Shown one piece after another: positions 60,499 to 64,000 of a DNA stretch of 64,000 nucleotides; the first letter of the stretch is position 1, and the number at the start of each line of letters is the position of its first letter. The stretch is from NCBI RefSeq assembly GCF_009914755.1, contig NC_060925.1, one strand, 5' to 3'. The notes under the pieces are model-generated. The model saw only the letters and a list, made by a program, of their open reading frames with translations, did not search any database and was not told the origin of the DNA. The stretch is from the human T2T-CHM13v2.0 reference genome, Homo sapiens. The position numbers were made by a program, and so were the translations under genes.

Positions 60499-63082
60499 CT
60501 GTAAAAATAAATTAAAATTATTGTAATCACTTTTCTATTTCTTCTTTAATGATGTCCTCCCTTTCTTAAGCTTTCTGTTATATATAATCAAATTCTTGCT
60601 AGGCATGCAAATTGCTCAATATAGATAGCTCATTGCCTGTTACTTGATGATATGATTTTCTAATGGTCCTAAGACTAGAAAGCAAATATGATCACACTCT
60701 GAAACTACATTCTAAACTTGATTATTTTACATCTGGTATATTCATCAAGTCATCATAAATAAAATGTACATCACAGGTTTTAAAAGAGTAACAATGATAC
60801 ATACCATTCATGGTAAGCACATTTTAGTAGAAAGGCCACATTAACTTGTATGACTGGATGAGTTTAGTTTTACTATTAAAAATACATATTAGGAACTACT
60901 TGAGTAAAACTTTGAAAATTGGGGATCAGTGAATAATACCTTGGCAAATAAGAACCAGCTCAAATTTTAGGCTACTAAAACAACTAAATTTTTGTCTGTG
61001 AATTCTTAACAATTTGTCTCCCAGCTTTTTCATTTACAACAGTTTTTTAGTGGAGCTGAAAATGGAAATTCTGAAACTATCAAAAGAGGCCTACACTTTG
61101 TAGACTGGTATGATTTCTAAGAAAAGTAAAATCACTGTTCAATCTTCTATGTTCTTATTTTGATTGGAGTCTTTGCCTCTTTACACATTTATTTCTAAAA
61201 ATATTTTAAAACCACAATTTTAAAGGAAGAAATAAGGAAAATCAGAAATGGATCATTTTCATATTTTTTTTTCTTATAAGAAGCATCACTGAATTGCACA
61301 GTTTCATATGTAGTTTAAACCTGAAGATATTAAAGCAGTTGAGCTGGGGAAAGAAGAAATAGGTCTCTTTAAAGCCTTTCCCGACTTTCCTGGCTTAAAA
61401 GGATTTTCTTGTCTGCTCACCTCTAGCCTCTGCTGCACTTAGGACGTGGCTGATTCCTTTACCTGCCCCACCTTTCTACTGCTCTTCCCTTCCTTTCTGT
61501 GGCAAATTTGACACAGTAGCCTTTACCAGCTGCTTCTACACCCTCAGTTTAATCAGAGTTTTGGCCCCACCACTTCATGGAAATTATCCTCCCAGTGATC
61601 CCAATGACCTCTGAATTGTCAAAACCTCCAGATATGTTTTAGTCTTCATCCTGCTTAAACCCATTACCTAGCACAAGGCTTGGCACACTGTAGAAATCAG
61701 TCAATATTTGCTGATGAATGAGTTAACTTTTTCGAGCCTTTGACATGGTAGATACATACTCCTTGGCATATTGAAACTCTCTTTTCTTGGCTTCCATGGT
61801 CAGTTTCTCTCATGTCCTCCCATATTTCTGTGCACTCTTTCCCTTTCTACTTCTTAAATACAAGTGTTCCTATCTAGAGGGTCCCTTGACCTTATTTCAT
61901 ATATTTTTTTCTGGATAATCTCATGCAATCTGTTAGCTTTCATTACTAAATGTGTTCATTACATATTTGGAAAGTGGATAAAATATTAAAAAAATTAGTC
62001 CTTCCACCTACAGTGTACTATATTAACATTTTAGGGAATTTCTTTCCAGTCTTTCTTCTACAGTAAATATTTTTTGAGAGTCAAAATCACACAAGACATG
62101 CAATGTTTTCCCTTGTTTACTTGTTTTAACCTTACTTATTTCCTTTTATGAGCTCTTTAATGAACAAATTTTATTATCTGCATACTATTCCATTGAGTGC
62201 TATTTAATCTTATATTAGGAGGAACACAAGTTGATTACAACATATAATGTCTTTCTCACTAGACTGTGAGGGACTACGCCTTATTCATTTTTGTATCCCC
62301 AAGGTATACTTTATCCTGTGTACTTAGCCAAAGTGTACTTGTAAGGGCAGAGACTATGTCTTATACCTTTATACCTATTATATCTTTTGTTACTAATGAT
62401 TTATATTTATCCTTTTGCATAAAAATTTATAACATTGATTTTGGCTATGGACATTTGTTGCTGAGAGCTTCCTGGTAAGTGCTGTTGCTGTGGGACCTAC
62501 ATCTTTGCTTCAAGGTCTTTTATGACCCAGGGAAGAGTGATGGAAGTATGTAAGACATGTTTGGTGGTAGCTACTTCAGTGGGTATTTGACTGTCTACTC
62601 AAACTAATGACTAATGCCTTTCCTCCTTTTTAAGAGAAATATATACATTGTAAGAAAGTGAATAAATAGAAAAAAGAAAGAAGAGTGAAATTTCCCACAG
62701 TTTTGCCACTCCCAAAATGACTACTTAATGTTTTGGTATATTTCGTTCCAATCTTTTTCTTTGAAGAGGTTTTCTTGTGGTTATTTATTTGTTTGTTTTA
62801 ATTTATACATGTTTATCATTATAAGGATAGTAACAGTTTGAATTTTATTTAACATTATAACATATACATGCATGTTATTCTAATAGTTATATTTAATAAT
62901 TCTAAAATATTTCATTTAGTGAATACATTATAATTTAAATATTCTCTTGGTCTTGGATAGTAGAGTATTTCTTTCTTTTTTCTTTTTGACACTTTAAATG
63001 TGATGGACATTTTAATGTAAAGCTTTTTTTTGTAATTAGGATTATATCCATAAGAAAGAAAACTCAGTGATTATTTCATTTT

Positions 63083-63383
63083 CTTCTTTTTCTTTTTATT
63101 TTTTTAGAGACAGTGTTTCACTCTGTTGCCAAGGTTGTGTACAGTGGTACAATCATAGCTAACTACAGGCTTCAACTCCTGGGCTCAAGTGATCCTCCCT
63201 TCTTGACCTCCCAAGTAGCTGGGATTACAAGTGCACATTGCCATGTCTCACTAATTTCTTTTTAAAATTTTTGTAGAGACAGGGTTTCACTATGTTGCTG
63301 AGGTTGGTCTCAAACTCAAGCAATCCTCCCACCTTGGCCTCCCAAAGTGCTGGGATTACAGGCATGAGCCCCTATGCCTGGCC
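63083..63383 (-). mobile_element. AluJ
   Basis: Alu dimer; TCATTTT on both flanks. Confidence 0.92.
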
Positions 63384-63864
63384 TCATTTTGTCCACAGTA
63401 TACAGTTCATAATTTTAAAGAAATAAAATATTGACTAATTCCAAATATATATAAATATTTCAAGTGATAAAGACAAGTATATGTCCTCCCCCTACTCCTC
63501 AGGCAATTTCTGAACAAACTTTTCAGCTAAAATCAGGAGTGGGTGTATATGAGCATATCTGTGTGTGTGTTTATGCGTGCTTCCAAAGCACCAAATGATC
63601 AATCTGACTGAGCTTTCAACATTCAATCTTTTTCTTGTATGTTTACAAAGGAAAATTCAAAAATTCAGAGTTCCAGTGAAAATGTACCTGGCTGGAGCCA
63701 AGAGATGAGCTCTACTTTTGACTTTCCTGCTAATCAACTCTGGGACTTTAGGCAGTCAGAGGACCATTCTTGGCCTCAGTCTCATCAATTGTGAAATACG
63801 GGAACTTAATTAAGTAGCATTTTGGTAGATCCTATGTTTCTAAGGTAAAATAGTTGCCACTTAC

Positions 63865-63925
63865 AAGGTTTGCTGGGAAAAATCGCTGTTGGACAATCAT
63901 CATCCAGTAAAAGCTGTGTGAGAGA
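63865..63925 (-). CDS. SLC44A5: SLC44A5 coding exon ([20 protein letters not shown]), first exon inside the window
   Basis: Manual translation; ttttag acceptor and gtaagt donor; 61 nt, phase 0 to 1, joins the next exon in frame; peptide matches CTL5 as I recall it. Confidence 0.93.
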
Positions 63926-64000
63926 CTAAAATAGAAGGAAGAACGTTAACATTTCAAAGGCCATGTGATGATTACTTTATACTGAATCTAAATATGTCCT

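Overview
Primate, most likely human, genomic DNA (Alu, L1PA, MIR, L2 and MER repeats); nothing here is prokaryotic. From about 24 kb to the window end, the minus strand carries the 3' part of SLC44A5 (choline transporter-like protein 5, CTL5). I reconstructed 15 internal coding exons by hand (63925 down to 33319; all GT-AG with consistent phases), followed by two paralogous alternative last coding exons (28457-28569 and 25574-25680). The distal AATAAA is at 23994-23999. One intron (41200-41654) has U12 (minor spliceosome) signals. The left 24 kb has no supported gene. It holds a nested L1 cluster, a U6 snRNA retrocopy fused directly to a 3.3 kb L1 piece (U6/L1 chimera), several Alus and unique AT-rich DNA. 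The best items are: the duplicated terminal exons with a YGCY-rich acceptor, the U12 intron with a nearby cryptic U2 donor, the long U6/L1 chimera, an Alu with an inverted poly(A) tail (twin-priming signature), and a MaLR LTR 12 nt into an intron. I see no evidence of a wholly new biological system; these are unusual instances of known phenomena. Repeat subfamily names and boundaries were assigned by eye and are approximate.
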